A stretch of DNA of 64,000 nt. Origin: Eledone cirrhosa. Taxonomy: Eukaryota. The DNA lies in the NCBI GenBank assembly GCA_964016885.1, contig OZ024741.1, positions 78,864,001 through 78,928,000 of the forward strand, read 5' to 3'. This document shows, in pieces, positions 1-12,646 of this stretch (position 1 is the first letter of the stretch; each line of letters opens with the position of its first letter). Below the pieces are notes generated by a model. It made no database searches, was not told the origin of the DNA, and saw only the letters and a list, made by a program, of their open reading frames with translations. Made by a program: the position numbers and the translations under genes.

Positions 1-397
1 AAAAATAGATAAAGTGAGTGGCGAAATTAAGGAGTTGAGACAGACATTTTCTGTTCGGCTGAGTCGCCCTTAACTTCTTTTGAACAGAAAAGTAAAGTAA
101 AAGAGTTGCTAACCTCCAGTAAAAGTGATGGGTGAGAGTGGTGAGCAAAGTGTGGATTTTCATTTGTAATTTCATAACAGAGAGAAATCACTTGCTTTAT
201 TTAATGTTGAAGGGTATAGATTTATAGGCTCACCTACTTTGTCCTTTCATGACATTCATATTATATAATAATAAAACGCAATTGTTATGTAACAACTACT
301 TAGTGCTAGAATTGTCTGGGAAATAGCAATTTAATATCTTACTCTCTACCTATTTCTCTCACTACAATCTTGACAAGAATGTTAGCACCCGAACAGC

Positions 398-484
<87 letters not shown>

Positions 485-485
485 A

Positions 486-529
<44 letters not shown>
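398..529. repeat. (TATC)n microsatellite, 5' flank of the Tx1-like LINE
   Basis: About 33 near-perfect TATC units; a short TATC/TGTC remnant reappears at 4739-4762 after the element's 3' end. Confidence 0.97.
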
Positions 530-735
530 GCCTGACGCGTGAAACATCGCCGGTAACCTTTTTTGTTAATTTCTATGCAAAAAACTGAACTAATTGTTTG
601 AAAAAACACATCATTTTGTAGATTAACCCCCAAACTGAATTGTCAGCTGGGTGGTAATCCCATTTTCGCCTCTTTAGCGGCGACAATTTAATTTAAAAAT
701 TGTTTTAAAATATCAAATTTTGCCAACTATAAAAC

Positions 736-2660
736 ATGAATAGCTCGGAAAGAACGCTAGAGAACGTCGACAGAGAAAAGAGAGGTAAAGAGGTAGATAT
801 TAACGTTATATCTGCTTCTGCTACTATGGACGTCGCCATAGATACGACTGTCAACAAAGAGAAAAAAATATTACCACTTGAAGATTTTAAAATTTCTACC
901 GTCGAAGCGGAGAAAAATAACAATAACACACAGAAAAACACAGGAATTAAACCTATTAACATACATACACATGAAAAAGACAACATCAACAACTCCACAG
1001 ATACATCTACACATAAAGTTTCACCTAGTCAAGGGACTGAGATTTCCAACACCGAGGCTAACAACGATAACAACAACAACAACAACAACAACAGCAACAC
1101 CACACAAAAAAATGTCTTTCGCTGAAACAGTGAACAAAAAACAAGATTTTATAAATCTTGACATCTCCAATGCAAGAGATATGCTCCAGCAAGGGAGAAA
1201 ATTTGTAACTTTCGAAGATAAAAGTGGGTTTAGAATTAACTCACCCCTCGAAATAAAAGAAGAGACAGTTCGGAGGACAGTGACCTTTAGGACTGTCTCC
1301 AACACAACGAGAAAGCCGATATTTGTTAGTCAAGGAGATATAGAAACTACCTTGAGGGAAATTCTAGCAAATATTGACTTTCTCCAACGAGGAAAACAGT
1401 ACGGAAGAGTTTCCGTACTGTTTAAAAGCGAGGCACTCGCCCAAAAACATTCTGTGACACCAATGGTGTCAAAAGCATTCACCTTTTCCCCTACGTACAT
1501 GGGAAAAAGGACACAAAAAATATGAATAAAAAATATACCACCAAACGTTAACATCTGGTGGATCTTGGCTGGCTTCGTAGAGCCAGAGATTGCTATGATT
1601 CTTTCGATACGAAAGACTATTAGACAAAGGTGGGCGGGTACTGATTTTGAGATTCTGATGCAAATGAGGCCGGAGAGAATCTCCAAAATACTCGAAAAAA
1701 TCGTCATCGACGACAACAACAACAAAATAAACATTTCGGTAGAAGGGCGGAAATTTCATTGCTTTCGCTGTGGTAGCACAGCACACCTAAAAGCTTCCTG
1801 TCCTTCACAAACACACCACAACAACATCATTAAAAAAAACACTATTGCCAACACCAACACCAAAACAACCACCACCACAAGTACAACAACAGACGAAACG
1901 AGCAAACACATCAAAACAGCCACTCAACCAACAACAACAGAAAAAACACAGAAACACCCCTGAAAAACACAGCCCAACCCATCCCTCTCCATCAAACACT
2001 ACCATAAACACACATACCGAAACACCACCACCACACAACATATCCCTACCCCACACTCCTGACGATGATTATTTATCGACAGATGAGGCTGCTTCTCCTT
2101 CTTTAAGTGAAGAAGAGGGAGAGCCTCGGAAATCTAAAAAACAAAAAAGAGACACTATAAAACCCCCAAAACTCCAATCACCAACACCAACACACAACCA
2201 CAGACACAAACAACAACACAAACAACACCACAGTCAAACATCCCCTTACCAGCAAAACCAACACCAACACCACCCCAAACACAAGAACCCACCATAAAAA
2301 GAAAACTCCCGGACCAACAACAAACTAAAACAACACAACAAAAACACAAACAACAATACGCATACATCAACACAAACAACAAGAGTTTGATGGAGGTCAT
2401 CTCCCAAAACCCCAAGGTGGCGACGAAGGGCAAAACTTTCGTCAACGCAGAATCGTCTCCATACCTTAAACTTATAAGGGTTTCTATAGAAACCTATAGT
2501 CACCTAAAAAATAAATTTTCACAGGGCGTGGGCAGCCCCTGCCAGAAACCCATCAACCGCGTCCTGTTAAAATGTTTCCCCACCCCACCCAACACCCCGA
2601 TCTCCAGGAAACGAAAAGGTAAGTGCCCCTTTTCGTCCTTTTTCTCTAACTCTTCTTCAC
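736..2660 (+). pseudogene. ORF1 (gag-like nucleic-acid-binding protein) of the Tx1-like LINE, frameshifted
   Basis: Pieces 736-1125, 878-1525 and 1565-1963; zinc knuckle CFRCGSTAHLKASC (CX2CX4HX4C) at 1760-1801, followed by a T/P/N-rich linker. Confidence 0.8.
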
Positions 2661-2664
2661 CAAC

Positions 2665-3358
2665 ATGGCTAGTTTACGAGTTGGAAGCCTGAATGTGCGT
2701 GGCCTAGGGACGCCCTGGAAACAGGGCCAACTTTTAAATGACCTTAGGTCACACAGTATGGATGTGATAGCCATCACTGAGTCCAGGATCCACAACAGGC
2801 AGCAACTAACCTCCATCTTCGACGACTTTGAGATCTACGCATCTCTCTATCATCCAGGAGGTGGAGGTGGAGTGGCTGTCATGTTTCGGAAGAACCTAGA
2901 CGTCGAAGTACAGCAAGTACACTTGGACCCGGAGGGTAGACTGGTAGTCCTAGACGTGAACAGTATTGGAGGTAGAGCCTTCAGACTGGGGGCCGTTTAT
3001 GCCCCGACCGGGCAATCGCAATCACGGCCAGACTTCTTTAAGCGTCTAGAGTCTTTTCTGGGAACGTCTCGCTCCTTACTTTTAGTGCGGGACTAGAATC
3101 TAGAATAGTATCCTAGATGCACGATGGGACTATGTTGGAGCATGTTCCAGTAGAGGGGGGGGGGAGGTGCAACAGCCTCAAAACTTTAATCGGCCAATTC
3201 CAACTGGCCGATAGGTATCGACTGGATTTCCCAACTGCACCACAGTGGACGTGGGGAAACTGCAGCGGGACATCTAGATCGTATTTAGATAGGTTCTTCA
3301 TTAGAGAAAGGGGCAGGGAGATGTTAAGCTGTCCACGAATGCACATGGTTGCCTATTC
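2665..3358 (+). pseudogene. ORF2 APE-type endonuclease domain
   Basis: SLNVRGL, DVIAITES, GGGVAV, DPEGRLV, AVYAP, QWTW...SRSYLDRFF are L1/Tx1 endonuclease motifs; stop at 3094-3096. Confidence 0.9.
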
Positions 3359-4503
3359 GGTGTCTGGTTCGGTCCAGACCTCAGATGGAGAAAAACTGGA
3401 ACGAGGTCACGGCCAAGGTGTTTGCGCTCACCCAGAAGTGGGTAGAGTGCAAACCGTCCTTGAAAAGTCGAGCGGAGGTCGCGAACACTTTCATAGCGTC
3501 CGTCATCTACTACCGCTTGACTGTCGTGCCTTGTCCCCGTGAACACCTCGCCAAGATGGAACGCATGCTCTTCCAGTTTCTGTGGAAGAAGCAGGCTCCG
3601 CTGGTGAGGAGAGCCGTCTGCTGTCATCACCCTTCCAACGGAGAGCTGGGAATGTCGTGGCTGATTATGCCCAAACACCGACCCCAACCGGTGTGGGCAC
3701 CGTTTGTGAGGCAGGTTTTCCCACAGCTCGTCTCGCTGACAGAGCTGTAGTCCTGGGTCAAGAAAAGACCGAAAACGATGGACGCCTGGCACATTGAATG
3801 CGCTCAGGCGCTCACAGTCCTCTGGCAAGCGGGCACAGCAATCAGTGGAGACTCCACTTCGACATTCTATAGAGGGATTGTACGTTACAAGGGCGACGAC
3901 GTGCTCGAAGAGACTCTGGGCATCGAAGGCGATGAACTCACCAGTCTGTTTGGTAGGACTTTCCGCCCGGGACCTATGGACAACTTCCAGAGGTCCCTGG
4001 CCTGGCAGTGCTACCGAGGAGCTCTACCGGTTCGTGACAAGATCTACAGGCATGGACGCCCCGGCAGGGATCCTTCCAAGAGGACGTGTCCAAGATGCGC
4101 ACAGGACATTGAAACAGTCCTGCACGCAATTGTACACTGCCGGGGCGTAACCGACCTGTGTAACTATGCAGAACAACTGCTGTCGCGTATGGGACAAATC
4201 CAGTTGACTGCCGAGTCCATTGTAAGGATCAAACCGCCAGCCTCTTTCAAAAACGAAAGAGAGGCGGTTTTCCTCTGTACAGTTGCTATGGTGAAAGAAG
4301 TTATATGGTGGACGAGATTGAGAGGACTGAGGACAGATGCCTTTCTCTCCGGACAACAATCGATTCCCTTCTTTAAGTATCACTTTAGAAGGAGAATCAG
4401 AGTGGAGAGAGAGGCACTGCACCCCAGTAAATTTACTGAAAGGTGGGTGAATGAAGCGAAAATGGCCCGAGTGATTGGGCCTTCTCTGTTTATAAGCCTG
4501 TAG
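3359..4503 (+). pseudogene. ORF2 C-terminal part (post-RT region and CCHC zinc-binding domain)
   Basis: MERMLFQFLW..., HPSNGELGM, LAWQCYRGALPVR, CPRCAQDIETVLHAIVHC. Confidence 0.85.
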
Positions 4504-5034
4504 GTTAAAGAAGAGAGCAAAAGGAAGAAAGGAGCACTTGCACAACACGCTCCTGGAGTTGAGGGTTGTTCTATCGACGGGGTATTAAACAACCCATTTG
4601 TAGCGCTTCCCCCCTATTGGGGATTTCGATTGTTGTAATTGTTTGTTTTTATATTTTTTACACGACTGTATGTAAAATCCCCGGCATGTCTTTGTATTGT
4701 CCCCTTTTCTTGTGCGCCCTTGTGGCAAATAAAGAAATATATCTATCTATCTGTCTGTCTATATATTTAACTGCACACCCATATACCTCTCTATATGTTT
4801 GTTTGACTGTTAATCTATAGTTATCTATTTATGTATGATGGTAAAATGAAGTACCGTGATGGCCGGAGTGACATGTGGGAGCAAATCAAGGAAAATCGAG
4901 GATCCTTTGGGAAATTATATTTTGTTTCTATTTTTGTCACATTCTTTCTTTTTCGTTTTATACTCATTTTTACACCCCAAAACCCACATTGTACCGTCCT
5001 ATGCAGTCCTTAATGTATTTTTTATGTAAACCCT

Positions 5035-6150
5035 ATTCGAGATAAACTCTACCGGCATGAAAGTGCTGTCAGCCAGGCTTGTCTGAGATGCACGCAGGGC
5101 GACGAAACCGACGTGCACGCACTCGTCCATCGTCTAGTCTCCGAGTAGTGGTGACTTGTGGATTTATTTCGAACATCTGCTGTCACGTGTGGGATGGATC
5201 CGACTGTCAGCTGAGTCGCCCCACCATCCTTCATTAGCCAAGAAGGGCAAGCTGTTTTCGTCTGACTGGTGGCCATGGCCAAAGAGGTTGTATGGTGGAC
5301 GCATCTGAAATGGCTGAAGACGGGCACATTCCTTTTCGGGGATCCTATGATTAGCTTCTTTAGGTTTCACTTGAAGAGAAAAATTAGGGTGGCGAAGGAA
5401 GTGTTGCTTTCAAAGTAATTATTTGAAAGGAGGTTAAAAAAGGCGATAATGGCTCAAATGAATGAGCCTGCTCTGAGTGTGTGCCTGTAGATTGAGGGAG
5501 GACACCTGGGAGAGGGCACTTTCCCTGGCCGTCAGGGTGACTGTGGTTTTGTGGCTTTTTCTAGGAGTAATCCTCGGAAGCCCCCCCCCCCCCCCCATTG
5601 GGGAATTTTATTTTGTTTCTATTTTGTGTTACATCCTTTGTTTTTGTTTTATACTCCTTTTTTGTACACGCAGAAACCCATATTGTACCACCCTGTGCTG
5701 TCCTTAATGTATTTTTATGTAAACCCTTTGTGGTCAATAAAGAAAACATTATTATTTTTCTCTTCGGCCAATCCCTCATCACCTTTTTCAAATTTCTCTT
5801 GGAAAAGAAGGTGAGGGTGGAGAGAGAAGTGCTTCCCCCCAGTACATTTGCTGAAAGGTGGGTAAATGTGGCGAGAGTGGCCAGTGTGAATCAGCCTGCT
5901 CTGAGTATGCGCCTGGCTAATTTGAGGAGGAGAGGGGTATTCTTCCCAGGTATCCTCGGAGAATCGGGTAGTTCAGGATTTGTGAGGTGCTGAGTCGCCC
6001 TGTGTGGTTATCTCCCTATTGGGGGAACTCTATTGTTTGCATTTTTATTGTTATTTTCTTATTGCTTTTTATACTTTTTACACATTATATATGTAAACCC
6101 CCACTGTCCCTGTCTATTGTATTGTCCTCTATATGTAGGCTCTTGTGGCT
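5035..6150 (+). mobile_element. Two 5'-truncated 3' fragments of the same Tx1-like family (about 5035-5750 and 5765-6150)
   Basis: Similar to 4030-4738: RDKLYRH, CLRC, KEVVWWT, FFKFLLEKKVRVEREVLPPSTFAERWVNVAR, and the shared 3'UTR ending ...TTGTGG..AATAAAGAAA. Confidence 0.8.
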
Positions 6151-6298
6151 GAGTTCTGAGTTCTGAGTTCTGAGTTCAAATCCCGCTGATGTTAACTTTG
6201 CCTTTCATCCTTACAGGGTCGATAAATAAAGCACCAGTAATGCACTGGGATAATTGCTGGCCTTGTGCCAAAAGTAGAAACATTGTTATTATTATTAT
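6148..6298 (+). mobile_element. SINE family A, 5'-truncated copy
   Basis: TTCTGAGTTCAAATCCCGC..TTAACTTTGCCTTTCATCC..GGGTCGATAAA..GTAGAAACA with an (ATT)n tail; at least six related copies in the window. Confidence 0.85.
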
Positions 6299-6519
6299 TG
6301 ACTCCTGAGGTAGAAGCCACGCATCACATCAGCTCCAGTAAATGTTCATTGTTTGTTTGCTTTCAACCGTCTTTAATCTTTTGTTCAAGTTTTAAATTTG
6401 ACAAAGGTTTAGAAAAACTGACCTGCTTGGCACAGGTGGGTCAGTCGTGATCACACGGCACCTCCCTGGGTAAGGGTCGCCTTTGTAAAATTTACCCATT
6501 TTTTTTTCTTTCATTCACA

Positions 6520-7410
6520 TTTACCATGGATGCTACAATGAAGAGACAACAAAGCGAATCATATAATATAGAGAGGGAGACGCTGACAACATTTGACTCG
6601 ATAAAGAAAAGTGACAGCGTCTGTATAATGGAGGCAGAATTGAAAGTGAAAAACAATATCCTTTTGAATGATATTGTTTGATAAACGGAACATTTTAGCA
6701 ACAACAGCAACAACAAGAACGACAACAAAGACAAAATAATAAAAACAACAATGAAAACAGCGAAATGATAAACAAAATCACTGAAAGAAATATCACCAAC
6801 AAGAACGCAAATACAACAACAACAATAATGTCAGCGAAAAAACAACATTATCAGCGAAAACAACAACAGTAACAGCAACAACAACAACAAATAACCAACG
6901 AATAAAACAGTTAATAACACTATCAAAGTTTCTGCTACTAGTACTATCAAATCATCTTTCAGAAAAATAAGCTTATCTGAATATCAAATACAAGAAGCTC
7001 TTAGCTTCTTGTATTTGATATTCAGCCTTGTAGAAAAGACTGGCCATATTGTCATCCTGAAGACTACCTCAAAACAATCCAAAATACGATAGTGACTTTC
7101 GAGCCAGGGACTATGGACAATTTACAGAAATCACTCGCTTGCCAGTGCTACCGGAGGGCACTGCCGGTCCGAGATAAACTCTACAGGTACGGAAGTGCTG
7201 TCAGACGGACCTGCCCGAGATGCGTGCAGAATACCGGAACCGTTCTGTACGCACTCGTCCAGTGTCCGCCGTGCATTACTGACTTGTGGAGTTATGTCAA
7301 ATAGCTGTAATCACGTGTAGGACGGAGCTGCCTATCGACCGAATTCATAGTGAAGATCGCCCCGCTGCCTTCTTTTGGCCGGGAAGGGCAGGCAGTTTTC
7401 CTCTGACTTT
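6520..7410 (+). mobile_element. Further decayed Tx1-like copy (AAC-rich ORF1-like start plus ORF2 zinc-finger region at 7092-7410)
   Basis: TFEPGTMDNLQKSLACQCYRRALPVRDKLYRYG...CPRC matches 3958-4100. The ORF1 assignment rests on composition only. Confidence 0.6.
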
Positions 7411-7574
7411 TTATGGTTATAACTTTGCTACATCTTCTCTGGTGGTATTTCATAACGCTGACATAATTTCCAGTGTAAGTCAAACTGAAATCAGTCATGT
7501 TTGTAGATATATTCTTTCTTCACTAAAAGACAGTGTAATTAATTGTTTCTTCTCCAACTCCACTTGTTCTGCAG

Positions 7575-7665
7575 TTAACCTCTTCAGTGCTGTAGACGAG
7601 ATAGCTCGTCCTAACATGTATGCACTCCAGTACCATGGACGAGATAACTCGTCCTAACATGTTTG
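7575..7665 (+). mobile_element. Possible piggyBac-like terminal fragment
   Basis: TTAA|CC start followed by two copies of the palindrome GACGAGATA(G/A)CTCGTC+CTAACATGT. No matching right end was found. Confidence 0.4.
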
Positions 7666-7839
7666 AACTCTTTCCAACACTTCATAACTTTAAAGCTGGA
7701 TGGGGTTACTAGTTTATTGGTGTGACGTTTGTCAATCAAAATATTCATTTCACTGGAGAAAAAAAGAAAAAAACCCACCACAGCAACTGGAGTTATGTAA
7801 AATATACGCAGCAGTCAATAGAATAATGTATTTTGTTTT

Positions 7840-8032
7840 GGGGCGGTTGATTGGCAGTATTGGTAGAGGGTTGGACGCCATGCTTTGACGTATAGAGTTA
7901 CGGCCCTTGCCTTTCTGAGTTCAAATCCCGCCAAGGTTAACTTTGCCTTTCATCCTTACGGGGTCGATAAAATAAAGTACCAGTAATGCACTGGGTATTT
8001 GCTGGCCTTGTGCCTAACGTAGAAACAATTAT
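7840..8032 (+). mobile_element. SINE family A (tRNA-derived head), near full length
   Basis: A-box-like TGGCAGTATTGG and B-box GAGTTCAAATCC; body nearly identical to 28873-29063. Confidence 0.85.
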
Positions 8033-8492
8033 ATGTGTTTTGTGGGCACTGTTGTAAAGGCTTTGATCCTTTGACACAGCCAAGAACCCTTCTGTCTCAA
8101 CTGTGAATCCTTCACAGCTAGTGCTGCGAATTTTGTTTGTTTCCAGTTTTATTTTACATATATTGCCCGTGAATAACGAATCTTAAATTTTACAAACTCA
8201 TATGTTTAGACCAGGACCGTGATTTTAATACAAATTGCACACGCACGATCCTTTAGAGAGTTCGTCAGTGGGCATCCGCCACCCCTGACAGTGTTTTCCT
8301 AGTTGGCTCGAGAAGAAATGTATGAATCCGTGATAACTAGTAGAGTCGTACGGGTACCGTAATAACATGCGGTTTTTCTTGGTCATTTTAAACCAGGCTG
8401 AGCCCATCCCATTTCCCGTCTGAACACATCCGATTTCTTCCAGAGAGAGAGAAAAGAGAGTGAGAAAAAGTAAGGGCGGTGAGAGGGAGAGA

Positions 8493-8529
<37 letters not shown>

Positions 8530-8989
8530 AAGAAAGAGAGAGGAGAGTGAGAGAGGGGGGGGGGGGGCAACCTTAGTACTCGACTAGTACTTTTTTTTAT
8601 CGAACTCCGAAAGGAAGAAAGGCAAAGGTGGCTGAAGAGGATAGTATAAACAAAGTTAAATAATTATGAAAAAGGAAAGGAAAAAATTATGTTAATAACA
8701 AGAAAATGAATTTTCAGATGTGAGTAAACCCAAACAATACTGATTAGGTATTTACAGAACACAAACATCCAAGACACGCACAGAAGAATTAGAGGGAGGA
8801 AGGGAGTTGTGGAGGAGGAAGTTTCGGAAGTTGCGTGCGCGCTTGAAAGAAGGGAGGAGTGGGAGTTGGAAGGAGGCGGCCGAAGAGTTGGAGGCCGTTA
8901 TACATATATATGACGGCTGCACCTACATTTCAAGTAATGCCATTGTTTGAGCATGAGCATCACAGATGTGGCTTTTTTGTCCTGCTAGG

Positions 8990-9184
8990 GACTTGCCTAT
9001 GGCCAGCAATACCATGCATCGCAGAAATGTCACATATCAAGCGATGCCTGTGCTTGAAGCTTTTTTAAACGAGGAAAGGCTTTGCACGATGCCAATCCCA
9101 CTCTCTGAACATCGAAAAGAACTAGTCTACACCATTGGATGCAAACGATGTCGCAGGTTTTATATCAGAGTGACCTTCTCCTAG
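8990..9184 (+). mobile_element. Penelope-like GIY-YIG remnant
   Basis: LVYTIGCKRCRRFYI resembles the PLE VY.I.C..C...YIG motif. Confidence 0.5.
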
Positions 9185-9236
9185 AGAAATGTCTTAATGA
9201 AGACTAGGAGTCTCTCACTCCACAAAAATAAAAATA

Positions 9237-9411
<175 letters not shown>

Positions 9412-9659
9412 TAGAGCATTAACTGAAATTAGTGAAAGTTAGCTCGTAATACCAAGCAGATGACTAATTTATATCACAGATGGATATAAGGCTAAATATA
9501 CGAGAGCTTATTTGTACGTGTTATTTCCAGATTTCTAGTTAAAACAGCAACAGAGAGATCAAATCCTGACATGAAACTCACCTGCAAGATTAAGACATGA
9601 ACTGAAGCTTATTTTAAAATTGAATTTGGTTTTTCCCTGCTGCATAGCTGGCTATTAAA

Positions 9660-9710
9660 TACCGTCGCCATTTTGGAAGGCGTGGTTTGTCATGAAGTGG
9701 GCGTAACGTA
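9660..9710. promoter_or_regulatory. Possible core-promoter-like motif cluster (YY1-type CGCCATTTT plus GC-box-like GGCGTGG/GGGCGT)
   Basis: CGCCATTTT at 9666-9674 next to two GC-box-like words in apparently unique sequence; no linked exon seen. Confidence 0.25.
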
Positions 9711-11544
9711 CTGTTTGGTTTTTATTTACACGCCTTCACTGTTATATCAATATATAATGTATGTATGCCATATTTAGCAACTCTAAAAACAATGAAGTAG
9801 GCATGACTCACTTCCCTTTACACGTTCAACAAACTAAAGAATCTATCTGAAAAGATTGTCAGCCAGCCTATTTCTCTTCTGCGATTGTGAGTGTAATGGA
9901 GAAATAAAGAGCTAACAGAAGCTTCTAGCATATCGCGATCGTGACCCAGTTTCAATTCTCCATTGTTACAAATGTATCCACTTCTCTTTTTTTCTAATAA
10001 GTTATTGTTGATAGTGTTTAGCCATCATCGAGCAAACCATTGATCAAAGAGATTGAAGCCATGACAATCCTGTCCTCTCGTTTGTGCAGTGAACTCATGA
10101 ACACATTAACCAATACAACCTTTTCTAAATGGATGGAGTGATTCCAGAGGGAATTGGTTGAAATTTCCAGTAGTTGATCGCACAGTGGCGCTATTGTTGT
10201 TTCGTTTTTGATGAGTTGTGAAGTTACAGAGATAGTTGTGGTTGGATTCACGCGAGCAATTTATTAAAAAGAAACATCAAAGTTTTGAAAGGTAGCAGAT
10301 TATGTTAGAAAGAAATCTCAAAACGAAAATGTTGCTACTATCTCTCTCCCCTTCTCGCTGCCCTCTCTCCATATACATATGTAATGAGATAGATAGAGAG
10401 ACGCAACATATATATACATGGGACTCTCTTTTTTCAAATTGATATGTATTATCTTACACCGTAGCGTTTATCTGTCTTTCTTCACTTACTCTTTTACCCA
10501 CCCACCCAACCCCTTTCGCTGTCTGTCCGAACAAACGGGAAATACTTTTCTTAACGTTTCTATTTTCTCTGACTCTTTCACCTTCTCTTTTACTTCTTGG
10601 TTAATCAGTATGGTGAGCCTCGTCGATATCTCTTCGTTTTAGTTGCAGCATATGGGTTTCTAGCATAATTTCTTTTATTTGTAAATAGTTGAAAGACTAT
10701 CGTCTTGTCTTTGTCCCCTGCATACTCGTACCAGTTGTATCGACCTTAAAGTACTGAGACAACGTATCGCTTGCAATCGATATGGTGGGGTGGAGACACG
10801 CGTGTGTATGGTCGGAAAACAATATATATATGTCACAGATCCGGTAGCGTAGCTAGGAGGTGTAGTAGTGTTGGTGGTGCTCCCAATCCAACACTTTAAT
10901 GGGGGCGACACTTCAAGATCTGTTGCATATATTTGAGTATGTAAAGAGCCCAAGTGGGACAAAATCTAGAGCTGCCCCGGGCGGCACACATTGTAGCCAT
11001 GTCACTGCAGAGTTCTCTGAATTACAGACAGGAATTTCTGAGAAAATTGTTTGCGACAGACTGGTGTCCTATCTAGGAGACAGAAGAATAAGACCGCCAC
11101 CAAATGTCCTGCAATCTTTGATGACGCCACAGAATTGTTAGCTTGTTGTAAATCACTGTCGCCAAAGATCTAGACCGTAACCCAGGCCACGGGACACAGA
11201 AAGGCTATTGCTCCCTGAGCTCAGAACACATGACGCGTAGGAACATTACGTTCTGAAGGAGTTAAAGCATTCCTCGCTACTCGAATATTCCAAAGTATTG
11301 CAGGAAAATACACATTTTCTTTAACAGTGATTCTTTGGACGATTCCAAGCGAAGCCAGCAACACAAACGAGTCAACGAGCCTTCTGGTTGTCATTTGATC
11401 TGTTAGAAAAAGCAGCCACATCTCGAGTGAGACACACCTTTATGTGTCTTTTCGATCATGGTTGGCTAACAGTATTATTTGCAAGAATAGTCACAGCAAC
11501 AAACAACAACGATTTTGTGACGTTATACGATTCTATCAAAGACA

Positions 11545-11582
<38 letters not shown>

Positions 11583-11864
11583 GTATGCTTTATATATATA
11601 TAATTAAACACCTTTCTTTTTAAACACCGCAGACAGGATATGACTCCCCACCCGGACCGGATATAACACAGAAGAAAGAAACAAACCAAATATGTACATA
11701 GAGCACACCAATGTGGCTGTATTCAATGACTGAAACTAGTTAAAGAATAAAAGAATATCTCTTTTGAGCGCAGAACAGAAGCAAATAAACAATAATTACA
11801 CTGACTGTCTTTCAAACAGAACTGATCTATGGCAGAGCTATGCTTAATAAAAAGAAGAAAAACA

Positions 11865-12130
11865 TCACAACCACCACCACCGTCATCATTGTAGTCGTCG
11901 TCGTAGTCATAATCATCATCTTCACCACCACCAACGCCTCCACCACCACCACCGCTACCGCCACCGCCGCACCACCACCACTACCACCACCACCACCACT
12001 ACCACCACCACCACCACCACCGCTACTGCCACACCACCACCAACGCCTCCACCACCACCACCGCTACCGCCACCGCCGCACTACCACCACCACCACCACC
12101 ACCACCGCCAACACCAACGCCACCACCACC
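11865..12130. repeat. (CCA/CCG/CTA)n trinucleotide low-complexity tract
   Basis: Direct inspection; explains the poly-T/P/H ORF. Confidence 0.95.
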
Positions 12131-12611
12131 AGAATGCAATATGGCTGTTTGATTGATTAGATATAATGTCACGGTGTGATAGGTTGCTGAGGTTGCTGTT
12201 GGTTTTTCACTAAATCAACCAAGAGCAGATCTGTATTCCTGCCAAGATCAAGACACCTTTCGTGCAATGGTTTCCGTAAATGTCTTTTGGCAGGGAAGAG
12301 AGAAAAAGAAGGAGTTTTCAATAAGAAACGTTTTTCTCTCTCTCCCAATCTCCCCCTCTCTTTCAATCTCCCCCTCTTTCTTTTCTTCTCCCTCTCTCAC
12401 GAATTAACTTTCATGGGAAAATTCATATAGAAGTACATAAAGTACAATGGTTCAGGGCAAGGGAAGTAGAAGTGAATCATGGGAGTGGGAGGAGTATCTG
12501 AAAATTCCGGGAGTAAAAAATAAACAAGCTAAAAATACCCAAACCAAACAAATAGACGAAATTCAGTGAGAATATCAAATAACAATGAAACACTATATAT
12601 GTATGTATGTG

Positions 12612-12646
<35 letters not shown>

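Larger units (their letters stand above)
530..4738 (+). mobile_element. Tx1/L1-clade non-LTR retrotransposon, both ends present but RT domain internally deleted and frames broken
   Basis: ORF1 with a CCHC knuckle, then an APE-like ORF2 start (MASLRVGSLNVRGL), post-RT motifs (GVWFGPDL..EKNW, GELGM), a C-terminal CPRC..ETVLHAIVHC motif, a T-rich 3'UTR and AATAAA at 4728-4733. Confidence 0.9.

Noticed and set aside
10020-11500. Moderately GC-rich stretch with short ORFs, possible exons or transposase relic
   Set aside because: No motif I recognise in any frame; needs a BLASTx search.
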